DNA of 64,000 nt. Source: a candidate division WOR-3 bacterium. Lineage in GTDB: Bacteria > Hydrothermota > 32-111. The stretch spans positions 928,001 to 992,000 of the forward strand of contig JBDRZU010000001.1 in assembly GCA_039804105.1 (NCBI GenBank), given 5' to 3'. The number at the start of each line of letters is the position of its first letter. Within the stretch, counting starts at the first letter, position 1. The position numbers were made by a program, and so were the translations under genes. Positions 49,485 through 60,541 of this stretch are shown here, one piece after another. A model generated the notes under the pieces. That model made no database searches. It had not been told where the DNA came from and was given only the letters and a program-made list of their open reading frames with translations.

Positions 49485-50831
49485 TTATTCTCCCTTTAAA
49501 AATGATAATTTTTTCTTGTAAGTTGTAGAATCGGTTAAAAATCCTTCCATATAAAATCCATTCGATATGTATTTTGATACAACCGATATTATATCTTCTT
49601 TTGAAATATTTTTTATTCTCTCGTTGTAATTTTTGAAATTGTCAACTCCACCAACACACCACCAGTATCCAAGTGTTAAGGCAAATGATAAAGATGATTC
49701 AAGTCGTCTGAAAGTGTTTACTTCTCCATATTCTTTTGAGTGTTGAAGAAGATCATTATCATAATAATCTATTTTATTCAAGTTCTTGATATGTTCAAAA
49801 AGAATCTTTTTGACAGTGTCTATGTTTTCACCCCTGAGATCAAGATAGAATGAAAACTCTGATCCATCTTTTAAACCAGAATATCCAACATAATAGTTGT
49901 AGACAAGACCACTCTCAACAAGATCTTTGTAAAGTTTTGATGATGTTAAAGAGAGATAATCTGAAAGCAGATCAAAGGCATAAGGTTCATTCGAATTTCC
50001 ATCAAAATTTGGTGCTCTGAATGATATGAGATATTTTGTTGTAGCTACCTTATCAACTATGATAAATTTTTTATTTTTTTCAAGAATTGGATGTTGTGGG
50101 AAATCAAATTGAACATCTTTTCCTTTTTCCCATCTATCAAAATATTTTTTTACACTTTTTTCGGTTTTATCAAAATCTATATTTCCAACTATAACCAATG
50201 CACAGTTGTTTGGTATATAATATCTGTTTTTTATCTCATACATCTGCTCTCTTGTAGCATTAGCGATAACATTTTTAAAACCTATAGTATTTTTTCTGTA
50301 AAAATATTTTTCATACATAACAGAGTCAGCCATTTGATAAAACTTATAAAATGGGACAGAAAAATCTCGATCAAACTCATTCAAAACAACATTTCGTTCC
50401 TTTTCAAGTTCCACAGAATCAAATAAAGGATCCATGATTGCGTATGACATAAATTCAAGCCCTTCATCGATATTTTTTGAAGGCAATGTAAAATAGTATC
50501 TAACCGATTCGTTTGAAGTCATACCGTTATAGATTATGCCCAGCTCTCTAATCCTTTTATTGTACTCTTCTTGACTTTTCCATTTTACATTACCTTTAAA
50601 GAACATATGTTCGTAGAGATGTGAAAGTCCACAGTTTTCAGGTGTTTGTGTATATGAGCCATTTTTGACAGCAATTTCAATCGTAACTATCGGTTGAGTT
50701 GTTGTTTTTACCATCAAAACTTCAAGCCCATTATCAAGTTTAAAAATTTTGAAATCCCTTTTATAGAGTGTTTCAGAAAAAATTAAAAATGATAGCAAAA
50801 TTATAATAATAAGATAAAAAGTTTTTTTCAT
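49485..50831 (-). CDS. M16 (pitrilysin-like) zinc peptidase
   Basis: LDNGL, GLSHLYEHMFFKG, ERNVVLNE and YIPNN motifs. Confidence 0.92.
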   Translation of the reverse strand: MKKTFYLIIIILLSFLIFSETLYKRDFKIFKLDNGLEVLMVKTTTQPIVTIEIAVKNGSYTQTPENCGLSHLYEHMFFKGNVKWKSQEEYNKRIRELGIIYNGMTSNESVRYYFTLPSKNIDEGLEFMSYAIMDPLFDSVELEKERNVVLNEFDRDFSVPFYKFYQMADSVMYEKYFYRKNTIGFKNVIANATREQMYEIKNRYYIPNNCALVIVGNIDFDKTEKSVKKYFDRWEKGKDVQFDFPQHPILEKNKKFIIVDKVATTKYLISFRAPNFDGNSNEPYAFDLLSDYLSLTSSKLYKDLVESGLVYNYYVGYSGLKDGSEFSFYLDLRGENIDTVKKILFEHIKNLNKIDYYDNDLLQHSKEYGEVNTFRRLESSLSFALTLGYWWCVGGVDNFKNYNERIKNISKEDIISVVSKYISNGFYMEGFLTDSTTYKKKLSFLKGE

Positions 50832-51778
50832 CTATTCTCCTTTTTTGTATTTTGCTTATCAAAAATGAAAATTACTCCACCAACCAAACTATAAATTACC
50901 GAAACGATAAAAAATGTCAGAGAAAGTGACAATATTTCTTCTTTTGTTGTCAACTTAAAAAAGTTTATGTAAGCCCATTCCCTTAAACCCAGACCATTTA
51001 TTGTTATTGGTATCATCGAAATTATTGATATAAATGGAACATAAATTATTTCATCGACCAACCGAACCGACAATCCCTGTGAAAGAACTATGAGATGGTT
51101 TGTAAAAACAAAGACAACCTGAATCATTACCGATAACAAAAGGTTATAAAAAAGATCCTGTTTTCTATATTTTACTATCCTTAACGAATGCATCAGAGAG
51201 TTTATCCTATTACCAATTTTAAAAAAAGTAATTTTAGAAAAAAGAGATACAAAAAATGTGAAAATTTTATCAGAAATCAAGACAGTTAAAAAAATAATTG
51301 AAGATAAAATTCCAATTATAGAAACATATAAAAAATACTTTGTTATTCCATATTTGAAAAATAAAAGAGGTGTAATCGAAATATAAACTATTATACCTAA
51401 AAGCCCAATCCACCTTTCAATGATTATCGAAGAGATCACATCAGCAATTCTTTTTTGGTCGGAAACAATATATGCCCCCCTAATAAAGTCCATTCCAACA
51501 GTTGATGGTAGAAAGTTGTTAAAAAAAAATGCAATGTTGTATATTCTGAAAACTTTTGATAAAGAAACATTAAAATTATAAAGTTTCAAAACGAGTTGCC
51601 ATCTTAAAGCAACAATAAAACAGACAAGTCCAACAGTTAACACAGCGAGAAAAAGAAAAAATATGTTTGAATTTTTGAGAATGTGTAAAAGTTGTGAGGT
51701 ATTTACACTTTTTAAAATCAAAAAAAGTATAAGAATCGTTATTAATAATCTCAGTATCTGAAAAAAAATTTTTTTCAT
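50828..51778 (-). CDS. Lysylphosphatidylglycerol synthase TM / flippase-like membrane protein
   Basis: RW, FFNNFLPS..G.D, ER and PITINGLGLRE motifs; multiple TM segments. Confidence 0.85.
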   Translation of the reverse strand: MKKIFFQILRLLITILILFLILKSVNTSQLLHILKNSNIFFLFLAVLTVGLVCFIVALRWQLVLKLYNFNVSLSKVFRIYNIAFFFNNFLPSTVGMDFIRGAYIVSDQKRIADVISSIIIERWIGLLGIIVYISITPLLFFKYGITKYFLYVSIIGILSSIIFLTVLISDKIFTFFVSLFSKITFFKIGNRINSLMHSLRIVKYRKQDLFYNLLLSVMIQVVFVFTNHLIVLSQGLSVRLVDEIIYVPFISIISMIPITINGLGLREWAYINFFKLTTKEEILSLSLTFFIVSVIYSLVGGVIFIFDKQNTKKENR

Positions 51779-51820
51779 TCATTAAAATATACTTTACTTT
51801 AACTTTTTGTCAAGTTAACC

Positions 51821-53389
51821 TTAGAAGAAGGAATATTTTAAAAGTAAATAAAAACTATAAATATCTCTGTTATTTTTCACAATCCCCAAATTTGTCTTAA
51901 CCAATCCATTGATCGAAAAATTTAAACCGTAAACTATTCCTTCACCACTTCTATATATTTTCAGAGGGTAGTAATTAGTAAACGAGTATTCATATATTGA
52001 GAGATAGTCGGTTTCAAAGATTTTAAAAGTATATATGAATGCTGACAATTCAAAACTTTTACTCTTTATGAAAAGATCCATCTTTTGATAATTTGAATTT
52101 TTTTGGTTTAAAAAGAAAGTTAATTTTAAAGATAAAAAGTCATCATAACTTTTAAAAAATTCAAGTTTTATAGAACTTTTGTTTTTATTGAGTAAATCAT
52201 AAGAAAATGTAGGTTTCAAAAAATTAAAAAATCTTATGGTTAAAGAATTTTTAAACTCCTCATAATCACCTTTAACAAAATCTATTCTGTTTTCAAACCT
52301 TAATCCTTTTCTCTTCGAAATATCAAAGAAAAATCCAAAAAAATCTTTTTCATCTATATAGTTTGAATGAAGATTAAAAAATCTTTTGTTCAAAATAAAA
52401 CCAGACAGAGTCATAAAATCTTTATTTTCGTTTTTCAGGCAAAGCGATAAACAGTATCCTTTGTTTGGATAAGAAAAGCCGAAATCATAAGAAAAAAAAG
52501 GAATTTGACCAAAAAATGATAAAACAATGTTTTTATCAGAATCGATCATATTCATTTTTTTTGAATAATCTGCGTAATATGTTGCAAAATTCAGATATTC
52601 CTTTTTATGATTAAAAATAAGACCGAAAGAACTCTCCCTCAAATTATTATCCCTTGATGATGAAAGAGAATCGTTATGTATGTTATATGTTAAAATCTTT
52701 TTAACATTGTTCAATGTATCGAGTATACAGTCATAATAAACATTACTTAAAAATGGTATGATGATACAATTTTTTAGGAAAAATGATTTAACTATACCAA
52801 AAAAGGATGGATATTCATTGTATGAATCATCTAACTCTATTCTGTTAGAATAAAAAACTCTATTGAAAATATTTTCAAAACTCGTACTGTTTGAGAGAAC
52901 TCCTCTTCCTGTTTTTAAAACATAATTACCAACAATAAGATCTTTATATGAAAAACCATATTTTAAATTATCATAGAACACTTTTTCACCGACATCTTTT
53001 TCCGTAAGAAGGAAGAAATCAAATTTTTTGTATCTACCAAAGATTTTAAAAAAACTTTTATTATTTAGTGAAAAAAGAGAATCAAGATTAACACCAAGAT
53101 CTATTCTAAAAAACTTTTTTTCTTTACTAAGATTTCTTTCGATCATTTTAGAAATGATCTGATTTCCTGTTATTTCAAAAATTTTTCGATTGGTTATATT
53201 TTCCTTCGTATAGTATAAACTTTTAATTTCATCTATTTCATTTTCTGTTAAAAAATCTTTCAGATCCTGAATTACAAAATCAAAAGAATCAACAAAAATC
53301 GAAACTTCATAAAACTTCTCTTCCTGCGAAACCAAAATATTGAAAAAAATTATTAATAATAATATTAAATTAAAATACTTTTTAATCAT
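51821..53389 (-). CDS. Outer-membrane protein resembling the barrel part of FCB-group ComEA/HhH-associated proteins
   Basis: Signal peptide from 53389; EKDVGE, VGNY...GRG and IYEYS motifs; terminal Phe; no HhH motif visible. Confidence 0.5.
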   Translation of the reverse strand: MIKKYFNLILLLIIFFNILVSQEEKFYEVSIFVDSFDFVIQDLKDFLTENEIDEIKSLYYTKENITNRKIFEITGNQIISKMIERNLSKEKKFFRIDLGVNLDSLFSLNNKSFFKIFGRYKKFDFFLLTEKDVGEKVFYDNLKYGFSYKDLIVGNYVLKTGRGVLSNSTSFENIFNRVFYSNRIELDDSYNEYPSFFGIVKSFFLKNCIIIPFLSNVYYDCILDTLNNVKKILTYNIHNDSLSSSRDNNLRESSFGLIFNHKKEYLNFATYYADYSKKMNMIDSDKNIVLSFFGQIPFFSYDFGFSYPNKGYCLSLCLKNENKDFMTLSGFILNKRFFNLHSNYIDEKDFFGFFFDISKRKGLRFENRIDFVKGDYEEFKNSLTIRFFNFLKPTFSYDLLNKNKSSIKLEFFKSYDDFLSLKLTFFLNQKNSNYQKMDLFIKSKSFELSAFIYTFKIFETDYLSIYEYSFTNYYPLKIYRSGEGIVYGLNFSINGLVKTNLGIVKNNRDIYSFYLLLKYSFF

Positions 53390-53912
53390 TCTCGAAATAT
53401 TCCCATAAGAGAAGTGCAGCGAGGGTTTTACCATCTATTATATTTTCCTTCAATATAAAATCCCTAAGTTCGGTTTTTTTTATTTTAATCACATCTATAT
53501 TCTCATCAAAATCCTTCTCCTTTTCATTTTCGACAAGATCCTTTGCAAGAAAAATATGTAGAATTTCATTTAAAAAACCAGGCGAAGATGCAATACTTTT
53601 CAATTTTTGTAAGTTATTAGAAATAAAACCTATTTCCTCCGATAGTTCCCTGTTTGCTGCCACAACAGGATCTTCTCCTTCTTCGAGTGTTCCCGCAGGA
53701 ATCTCTATCATATATTTTTTGAAAGGGTATCTGTACTGTTTAACAAAAAACACTGAATTGGTTTTCTCATCAAATGGGATAATTGCAACAGAACCTCTAT
53801 GCAAAACAACTTCTCTAAAAGTTTCTCTTCCGGATGGAAGTATAACGGTATCTTTTCTCAAACTCAATATTTTTCCCGTATAGATCAGTTCTGAATGTTT
53901 TGTTTTTTCCAT
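53382..53912 (-). CDS. NUDIX hydrolase (ADP-ribose pyrophosphatase-like)
   Basis: QYRY, EIPAGTLEEGEDP..AANRELSEEIG, SPG and DGKT motifs. Confidence 0.92.
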   Translation of the reverse strand: MEKTKHSELIYTGKILSLRKDTVILPSGRETFREVVLHRGSVAIIPFDEKTNSVFFVKQYRYPFKKYMIEIPAGTLEEGEDPVVAANRELSEEIGFISNNLQKLKSIASSPGFLNEILHIFLAKDLVENEKEKDFDENIDVIKIKKTELRDFILKENIIDGKTLAALLLWEYFEND

Positions 53913-53914
53913 TT

Positions 53915-54937
53915 TTAATCTCCAATAAAAGTTTGTTCTTTTAATTTTTCTATACTTTTTTTACCTATTCCAGGTAATTTTTCGAGTTCATCATAAGAGT
54001 TAATTTTACCATTTATCAAACGATAAATATATATTCTTCTTAAAACAGTTTTACTCAACCCTTCGAGTGAAAGAATTTCTTCATAAAACGCTCCGTTTAG
54101 ATTTATTTTTTCTTTTTTTATAAAACCTTTTATCTTTTTCGCTTTTACTGGTATATCAAATGTAACCTTGTTGGTTTTAATTTTTTGCAAGGTATAATAT
54201 TTATTCTCTCGATACAAGGAAAATCTAATGTCATTTGAAACTGAAAAATAGGGATGAACAAAGTTTGAATACTCTATCATATATGGAAATTTAACAACCT
54301 GTAGACCAAAAAATATTCTCTTTTCACTATCTAAGGAAACATTTACTTTAAAATTATCATACATCTGATATGCAACCTTTCCAGTAAAAACAAAACCATC
54401 ACGATAAAAAGTTTCAAACTGGATATCGAATTCATTTTTCGAATATCCAATTAAAAATATAGAACCATTCTTATACTCTTTTATAAAATAGGAAGAGATG
54501 ATATAAAAATTTTCCTCTTTTATCATCCCCGAAACTATCAACCCAAATTTGAAGTTGTTTACACTATCACAAAAATCTTTGAAACTTACATAGGGAGAAA
54601 TACCTATTTTTATATTCGTTGCGTTGTAGGCCCCTTTCAAAGATAAATTATAACCCCTGTAAATATTATTAAAATCACTTATCAAAAGATGACCGAAAGA
54701 AAATTTTTTAAAGTTATAATTTGAGAGAGAATAAAAATTATTTAAATCTTTAATCAAAAATCTGTTGGAGCATCCAAAAGTCAAATAGTTGTAGGAAACA
54801 TTTTTGTTGAAAGGTAAAAGATCTTCGAAAATATTACAGAAGTTTAGATCCGATGAAAAAAATGTTGTTGAAAATATTTTAAGTTTAAAAATAAGAATCA
54901 AAACAATTAAACATTTTTTTGATATCACCCTTCCCAT
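53915..54937 (-). CDS. Barrel-like protein with C-terminal ComEA-type helix-hairpin-helix domain
   Basis: KINLN.A..EE...LEGL...I..YR...G...LPGIGKKSIEKLK motif. Confidence 0.7.
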   Translation of the reverse strand: MGRVISKKCLIVLILIFKLKIFSTTFFSSDLNFCNIFEDLLPFNKNVSYNYLTFGCSNRFLIKDLNNFYSLSNYNFKKFSFGHLLISDFNNIYRGYNLSLKGAYNATNIKIGISPYVSFKDFCDSVNNFKFGLIVSGMIKEENFYIISSYFIKEYKNGSIFLIGYSKNEFDIQFETFYRDGFVFTGKVAYQMYDNFKVNVSLDSEKRIFFGLQVVKFPYMIEYSNFVHPYFSVSNDIRFSLYRENKYYTLQKIKTNKVTFDIPVKAKKIKGFIKKEKINLNGAFYEEILSLEGLSKTVLRRIYIYRLINGKINSYDELEKLPGIGKKSIEKLKEQTFIGD

Positions 54938-54975
54938 ATAAGTATTCTAAAAAATAATAAAAAAATGTAAAGAGA

Positions 54976-55710
54976 TTATTTCATGTTTCCAGTTATTGAG
55001 TCATGAATTTTCTTATCCTGAAAATTATCAAAATTGGTTGTTGACACAATTTCGTTTATCAAACTATCATACAGATCAAATTTCTTATTTGCTTTGTAAG
55101 TTTCCGCAAGAAAAAGTTTCCCTGTTATCGAATTTTGATTTTTTTCAATATATTTTTTCAAAAAAATTTCAGACTTTTCAAATGATTGCCAATTCGTATA
55201 ATACGGTACTTTTGGTGTTATATAAAACAATCTCCCAAGTATTAAAAATGCTCCATAATCATCGATTTCAGGTTTTTTTTCAACAACGATTTCAGCATAT
55301 TTTTTTATTTTGTTTGGAATATTCATTTTAACAGCATCCCAAATATTACATGTTTTAGCATATCGTCCATACAAAATTGTTAAACAATAGTAGATTTCCG
55401 GTGAATCACTCTCTTTTAACAGACTCTCAAGGTAATCGATCAGTTTTTTGTACTCTTTCTTTTTCCTTTCACCATCTTGTTCGAAATATTTGTAGTAAAT
55501 ATCAAGACACAAAATATATTCAACCAAAACATCTTTATTTTTTATAAAACTCTCGTTTTTATCTTTTAAATCTTCTATGCTCTCTATCAATTTTTCTTTG
55601 AAAAGTTTCTCATCAAAAAAAAGTTGTTTTTCCTTTCTGCACGAATCAAATGCAATAATTTTTTCATTTATTAAAAGAAGAGCCAAAACAAAAAACCAAA
55701 AATTTTTCAT
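54976..55710 (-). CDS. Exported TPR-like protein (TatT/BstC-like)
   Basis: Signal peptide; helical repeats; GA...LGRLFY.TP motif. Confidence 0.5.
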   Translation of the reverse strand: MKNFWFFVLALLLINEKIIAFDSCRKEKQLFFDEKLFKEKLIESIEDLKDKNESFIKNKDVLVEYILCLDIYYKYFEQDGERKKKEYKKLIDYLESLLKESDSPEIYYCLTILYGRYAKTCNIWDAVKMNIPNKIKKYAEIVVEKKPEIDDYGAFLILGRLFYITPKVPYYTNWQSFEKSEIFLKKYIEKNQNSITGKLFLAETYKANKKFDLYDSLINEIVSTTNFDNFQDKKIHDSITGNMK

Positions 55711-57011
55711 TAGAAAAATACTTTTGTTGTTAACTCTAAACATCCAAATTTTTCAATCTTTTTAAAATAAGATCTTTCTGTTCCATTTATGTAATAAAAG
55801 GAAAATCCAAACGAAAAATCATCCATAAGATTGAAAGTTATCTTAGGATTTATTAGGAGACCACCCTCGTTTTTTAAATTTTTCCAATCAACTATTTCAT
55901 AAGCAAAATTCAAAGGTTCAAAAAGTATCTTTTCATTAAGAAAACTTATCCTTGAATAGAAAAAGAGGTAATCGTTTAAATTTTCTTCCCCATAAGTACC
56001 CCTTAATCCATGAACAAACTGAGTCATAAAATAATATTTACCAGAAATGTTATAATCAAAACCTATAAGAAAATTAAAAAAGATTTTGTCTTTTGAAAAA
56101 GATGTATCAACTATACCTTTTCCAAAATCAGTTAAATCGATCTTGAATTTGTTATCCCTTATATAGTTATTAACAAAATCAAACCATATCGAAGCATCAG
56201 CGAACGATCCACTAAAACTCAATCCAAAAGTATTCATCCGAGGAAAGTGAAATTTGGCATCAGCGAACGCCAATATTGGTGTAACCATTTGTATTTTCAA
56301 GTTTGAAGGTAAAGGTGTTGTTGTTCGGGTATATCCATAAAAACAGGATGTGTGAAAATTATTGATATCTTTTAAAATTTCTATAAACAATTCACTACTT
56401 TGAAAAATGTTTTCAGGATAAATGATACTATCTTTTATGTTAAGATTACCAAAATAATCTTTGAGATCGATATATCCTTTTGGAAGAATTGATGGAACAA
56501 AAAAAGGAGAATAGATGATATTCAAATCAAAAAATTTAAAGTATGATTCAACAAGAAACATTCCCTTCGTTACCTTTCTATCCATTCTCAGTGGATCTGA
56601 CAGATCATCCGGGTTAACAATATCAGCAGGAGAAACTGTGAATCCTTTCCCTATATTGTAAAATGTTTTTCCAACAGTAACATCAATGAAGTCAAATGGA
56701 TATTTTCTAAAAAAAATCTTTGCCTCATAGATTTTAAAAAAGTTTTTATTAAAATTCTCTGTATCTGTTAATCCTTTTATATTTTTTATAACCACTGATA
56801 AATCATTTTCAAATTGAATATCAAAATATAAATCCAATTTTTCGTTAAAGTTTTTTTTGGATTCTGCCTCAAAGAACAATATATCTGATAAAATATTCCC
56901 ATCGAACACAAACAACCTTGAATTATTTTCAACCTTACTACTGATATCAAATCCAGAAATCGTGAAAAAAAACTGGATACTGGTAATAAGAAAAAAAATT
57001 TTTTTCATCAT
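55710..57011 (-). CDS. Outer-membrane barrel (DUF1302-like)
   Basis: IYEA, VTVGK, SPADIVNP.DL motifs; terminal Phe; context next to RND and LolA-like genes. Confidence 0.6.
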   Translation of the reverse strand: MMKKIFFLITSIQFFFTISGFDISSKVENNSRLFVFDGNILSDILFFEAESKKNFNEKLDLYFDIQFENDLSVVIKNIKGLTDTENFNKNFFKIYEAKIFFRKYPFDFIDVTVGKTFYNIGKGFTVSPADIVNPDDLSDPLRMDRKVTKGMFLVESYFKFFDLNIIYSPFFVPSILPKGYIDLKDYFGNLNIKDSIIYPENIFQSSELFIEILKDINNFHTSCFYGYTRTTTPLPSNLKIQMVTPILAFADAKFHFPRMNTFGLSFSGSFADASIWFDFVNNYIRDNKFKIDLTDFGKGIVDTSFSKDKIFFNFLIGFDYNISGKYYFMTQFVHGLRGTYGEENLNDYLFFYSRISFLNEKILFEPLNFAYEIVDWKNLKNEGGLLINPKITFNLMDDFSFGFSFYYINGTERSYFKKIEKFGCLELTTKVFF

Positions 57012-57742
57012 TGCTCCTTTAAAAATCTATCCGTAAAAATATCATCTGAAAGGTTAGTATCAAAAAAAATACTATCGTAGTTCATTATCGTTTGATGGTC
57101 ATTTTCAATATTTTTCATAATCATCTCTTTTGCAACATAATAACTTTTTATCTTTTCTATTTTTTTTCTCTCAAGTATTTTGGAACATTTTCCTTTTTCA
57201 AAAAATTCTATTTTGATCGGAATATAAAATCTCTTATCAACGGTTATCAAAAGTTTTTCATAAAAACTGTTTTTTTCCTTTTTCGGAAAAAGTTCAAGTA
57301 AAAACAGAGAATCGTTTTCATTCAATATTTTACCTGTATAATCCCTTGCAAAACTTGACATCTCCATATCCTCATAAGTAAAATCAGTTCCTGAAAATGA
57401 ACCATTTTTTGATTGAGAGGTTATATTTTTAATTTTTTTATATGCTGGAAGATAAATATGCATAATATTTCCTGGTAGAGACAAAAAACCAAGTCCCTTC
57501 TGCTCTTTTGGATAGGTAAATTTTCCAACCCTTTTATCCTGTCCTTTTTGATACATTGTAATTTTTCTTATAGATTGATCTTTATTCTTATCGATTAGAG
57601 TGATGGTTATAAAAATTGTTTGATCTTTTGGAGCGTTTGTTATGTTATCTACTTTTTCGAGTATCTTTTCAAGAGTCAACTCATTTGCTCCAAGTGTTAA
57701 AAAGTTTAATATCAATACGAGTGTAACCAAAAAATTTTTCAT
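57008..57742 (-). CDS. Outer membrane lipoprotein-sorting (LolA-like) protein
   Basis: F..P...KG..FL, YLPA..K, SFSGTDFTYEDM and FTDRFL motifs. Confidence 0.88.
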   Translation of the reverse strand: MKNFLVTLVLILNFLTLGANELTLEKILEKVDNITNAPKDQTIFITITLIDKNKDQSIRKITMYQKGQDKRVGKFTYPKEQKGLGFLSLPGNIMHIYLPAYKKIKNITSQSKNGSFSGTDFTYEDMEMSSFARDYTGKILNENDSLFLLELFPKKEKNSFYEKLLITVDKRFYIPIKIEFFEKGKCSKILERKKIEKIKSYYVAKEMIMKNIENDHQTIMNYDSIFFDTNLSDDIFTDRFLKEQ

Positions 57743-57744
57743 TT

Positions 57745-59946
57745 TTACTCCTTTTCTTTTAGTGAATTTGAAAGAATGATAACCGTTGAAAAACCTGCTA
57801 TAAGCATTGTAAGCATAATTAAAAGACCAAAGTTTGATAGAGGTTTTAAGTTTGATAATATAAGTATCGCAAAACCAGCTGCTACAGTTAGAACATTTGT
57901 TAAAATAGCTTTGCCCGTTGTTAAAAGAGTTATCCTTCTTACTTCTTTAAAATCATTATTCTTTTTTTGTTCATGTTTCATTCTTATCATATAGTGTATA
58001 GAATAATCTATACCTATTCCTACTGCGATAGAACCAATCAGATTAGTTGCAATATCAAGAGGGATTTTCAGTAATGACATCAAACCGTAAATGCATATTA
58101 TAGTCACAAAAATTGGAACGACACCTTTGATACCCTTTTTGATAGATTTGAAAACGATTGAATGTAAAATTAATATTAGAACTAATGATAGAGAGGTCGA
58201 AAGAACGGTTGACCTAAGTATTGTTTGGTCAAGTTCTACATATATTGACGGCATTCCGGTCACTTCGAATTTTACATTTTTTTCGATGCTTTTTATTCCC
58301 CTTTCAAGATCGAAGAGTAGTTTTTTGACTTTATCTAATGATAATCCATTTGGAAATGAAGCTTCGATAACCGTTTCACTTTTATCATTTTTAATCAATC
58401 TATTTAAACTTTTTTCTCCTTCCAGTAAGAAATAAAGATTTGATAGTTTTTCATCGTTATCAGGTATTTTTCTTTCGTTTTCGATGATAAAGTTCATCCT
58501 TTTTATAACCTGAACTATTGAGTTGGTATTTTCTATTCCAAGAGAGTCCCTGATAAAATTTTCCAGATTTTCTACCTCTTTTAAATTACAAATATAGTTC
58601 ATGTTACCTTTTGCAAGGATTAAAAATCTTGATGAACCACCAAAATTCTTTTCTATCATATCATTTGAAATTCTAAATTCCGCTTTTTTGTTGAAATAGT
58701 TTATTATATCTGCACTCCTTGAAATTTTAGGCAAAACTGAAATTGATCCTAAAAATAAAACAATAACAAACAGAGTCAAAGGTTTTCTTAGTTTAAGAAT
58801 TCCATCTGCAAAAATTTTAAATTTCTCATCTCCATTTATATCAGAAATAAACTTGTTCTTTTTTTTCGTATAAACCATCAATGATGGAGCAAAAGTAACT
58901 GAAAGTATAAAGGACACCAGAACACCTATCGCAGAAAAAATACCAAACTCTTTTATCATCAAAAGATAGGATCCTCCAACAAAAGACATAAATCCTATAA
59001 AAGTTGTAAGTGCAGCGAGAAAAACTGGTAAAAAAATTTCTTTGAATGAATTCTCTATCGATTCTTTTCTCTTTTGATTCTTACTTTCCTCTTCATAAAC
59101 TTTACTAACAAAATGTATTGAATATGCGCTTCCAACAGCAATGAGTATTATCGGAATAATATTTGAAATTATAGTAACTTTAACTTTCAGTATTGACATT
59201 AGACCAAAGACAACAACTATTGAGATAAAAGAGTTCAGCAGAGGTATGAATACACCTTCAAAACTTCTGTAACTTATTCCAAGAATAAAAATCATAAGAA
59301 GCAAACATGGTAAAATTAATTTTAAAATATCTTTTAAAATAAGATTTCCAACCTCTTCAAGAAGAAAAGGCAATCCACCATAATAGAGTTTGCCTTTTAA
59401 ATCAAGATCTCTTAACAATTTTTTAATCTTTGCACAAACTTTTTGTTGATCAGTATTATCGGCGAAAAATAAAATTATTAAACTTTTTTTCGCATCTTCT
59501 GAAAGAAACTTTTTTTTAAAAAATTCATCCTCTAAAAAGATTTTTTCTTTGTCGAAAAGATAATTTTGATCATTTAAGGAATCCATTGATAAAACCTTTT
59601 TAATTAGAATATCATCGTTTTCACTTTTTATATCAACTATATTTGTTAAAGAATTAACACGATTGATACCTTCTATCTCTTCTAATTTTTTCGTTATAAG
59701 ATTTATCTCTTCAAGCGATCGCTTGGAAAAAATTCTGTCATTTTCATAAACTATAAGCCCTGTTAAACTTCCTCCATATTCGGTACCTATTCTTTTGAAA
59801 TTTCTTACTATCTGCTCATCCTCTGGAAGATAATCTATAACATTTGGATTTATTTTTAACTTTAAAGCAAAAAAACCCATCAATAATGTCAACAACAATG
59901 TTAAAATAATAGTATACTTACTGTTTTTTAGTATCAATTTTTCCAC
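57745..59946 (-). CDS. RND/MMPL-family transporter
   Basis: Two TM bundles; AVGSAYSIH, AALTTFIGF and GIGIDYSIH motifs. Confidence 0.92.
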   Translation of the reverse strand: MEKLILKNSKYTIILTLLLTLLMGFFALKLKINPNVIDYLPEDEQIVRNFKRIGTEYGGSLTGLIVYENDRIFSKRSLEEINLITKKLEEIEGINRVNSLTNIVDIKSENDDILIKKVLSMDSLNDQNYLFDKEKIFLEDEFFKKKFLSEDAKKSLIILFFADNTDQQKVCAKIKKLLRDLDLKGKLYYGGLPFLLEEVGNLILKDILKLILPCLLLMIFILGISYRSFEGVFIPLLNSFISIVVVFGLMSILKVKVTIISNIIPIILIAVGSAYSIHFVSKVYEEESKNQKRKESIENSFKEIFLPVFLAALTTFIGFMSFVGGSYLLMIKEFGIFSAIGVLVSFILSVTFAPSLMVYTKKKNKFISDINGDEKFKIFADGILKLRKPLTLFVIVLFLGSISVLPKISRSADIINYFNKKAEFRISNDMIEKNFGGSSRFLILAKGNMNYICNLKEVENLENFIRDSLGIENTNSIVQVIKRMNFIIENERKIPDNDEKLSNLYFLLEGEKSLNRLIKNDKSETVIEASFPNGLSLDKVKKLLFDLERGIKSIEKNVKFEVTGMPSIYVELDQTILRSTVLSTSLSLVLILILHSIVFKSIKKGIKGVVPIFVTIICIYGLMSLLKIPLDIATNLIGSIAVGIGIDYSIHYMIRMKHEQKKNNDFKEVRRITLLTTGKAILTNVLTVAAGFAILILSNLKPLSNFGLLIMLTMLIAGFSTVIILSNSLKEKE

Positions 59947-60532
59947 TCTTGACTCCTTTTGAAATTCCGTAGAAAAAAATTTCTAACATTGATCGAATAA
60001 CTTTTTCCACATAACCGAATTCGACTTCAGATGTCCATCTATATTCAAAACCTTTCATAGCTACAACAAAGGATTCGGCAGTCAGAGAAACATCTATATT
60101 TTTTAGTTCACCTTTTTTTACACCATCCTTTAAAATATCTTCTATAAACTTTTCCTCCTCTATATCAAACTTTTTCCTCAATTGTTGTACAAATTCAAAT
60201 TGCCTGTAATAATCCTCCTTGAATGTCTGATAAAAGTTTGCCACATCTTTTAAAAGTCTGTATCTATTCAAAACATATGTTTGTAACTTTTCCTTAGTTG
60301 TTTTCTTTTCTACAATCGATTGAAAAAGTTTTTCTTTCAAATATATTATCTCTCTCTCAATAACTTCAATAAACACTTCTTCTTTTGTTCTAAAATAGTA
60401 ATATAAAGCGCCCTTTTTCTTTCCAACCGCTTTTGCAATGTCATCCATTGTTGTTTTCTCATAGCCGTATCTTGCAAAAATCTGGTTTGCTTTTTTTAAA
60501 ATTTCCTCTTTTACATTTTTTTCTTTTTTCAT
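59918..60532 (-). CDS. TetR/AcrR family regulator
   Basis: FARYGYEKTTMDDIAKAVGKKKGALYYYFRTKEE helix-turn-helix. Confidence 0.95.
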   Translation of the reverse strand: MKKEKNVKEEILKKANQIFARYGYEKTTMDDIAKAVGKKKGALYYYFRTKEEVFIEVIEREIIYLKEKLFQSIVEKKTTKEKLQTYVLNRYRLLKDVANFYQTFKEDYYRQFEFVQQLRKKFDIEEEKFIEDILKDGVKKGELKNIDVSLTAESFVVAMKGFEYRWTSEVEFGYVEKVIRSMLEIFFYGISKGVKSGKIDTKKQ

Positions 60533-60541
60533 AAACTCTCC

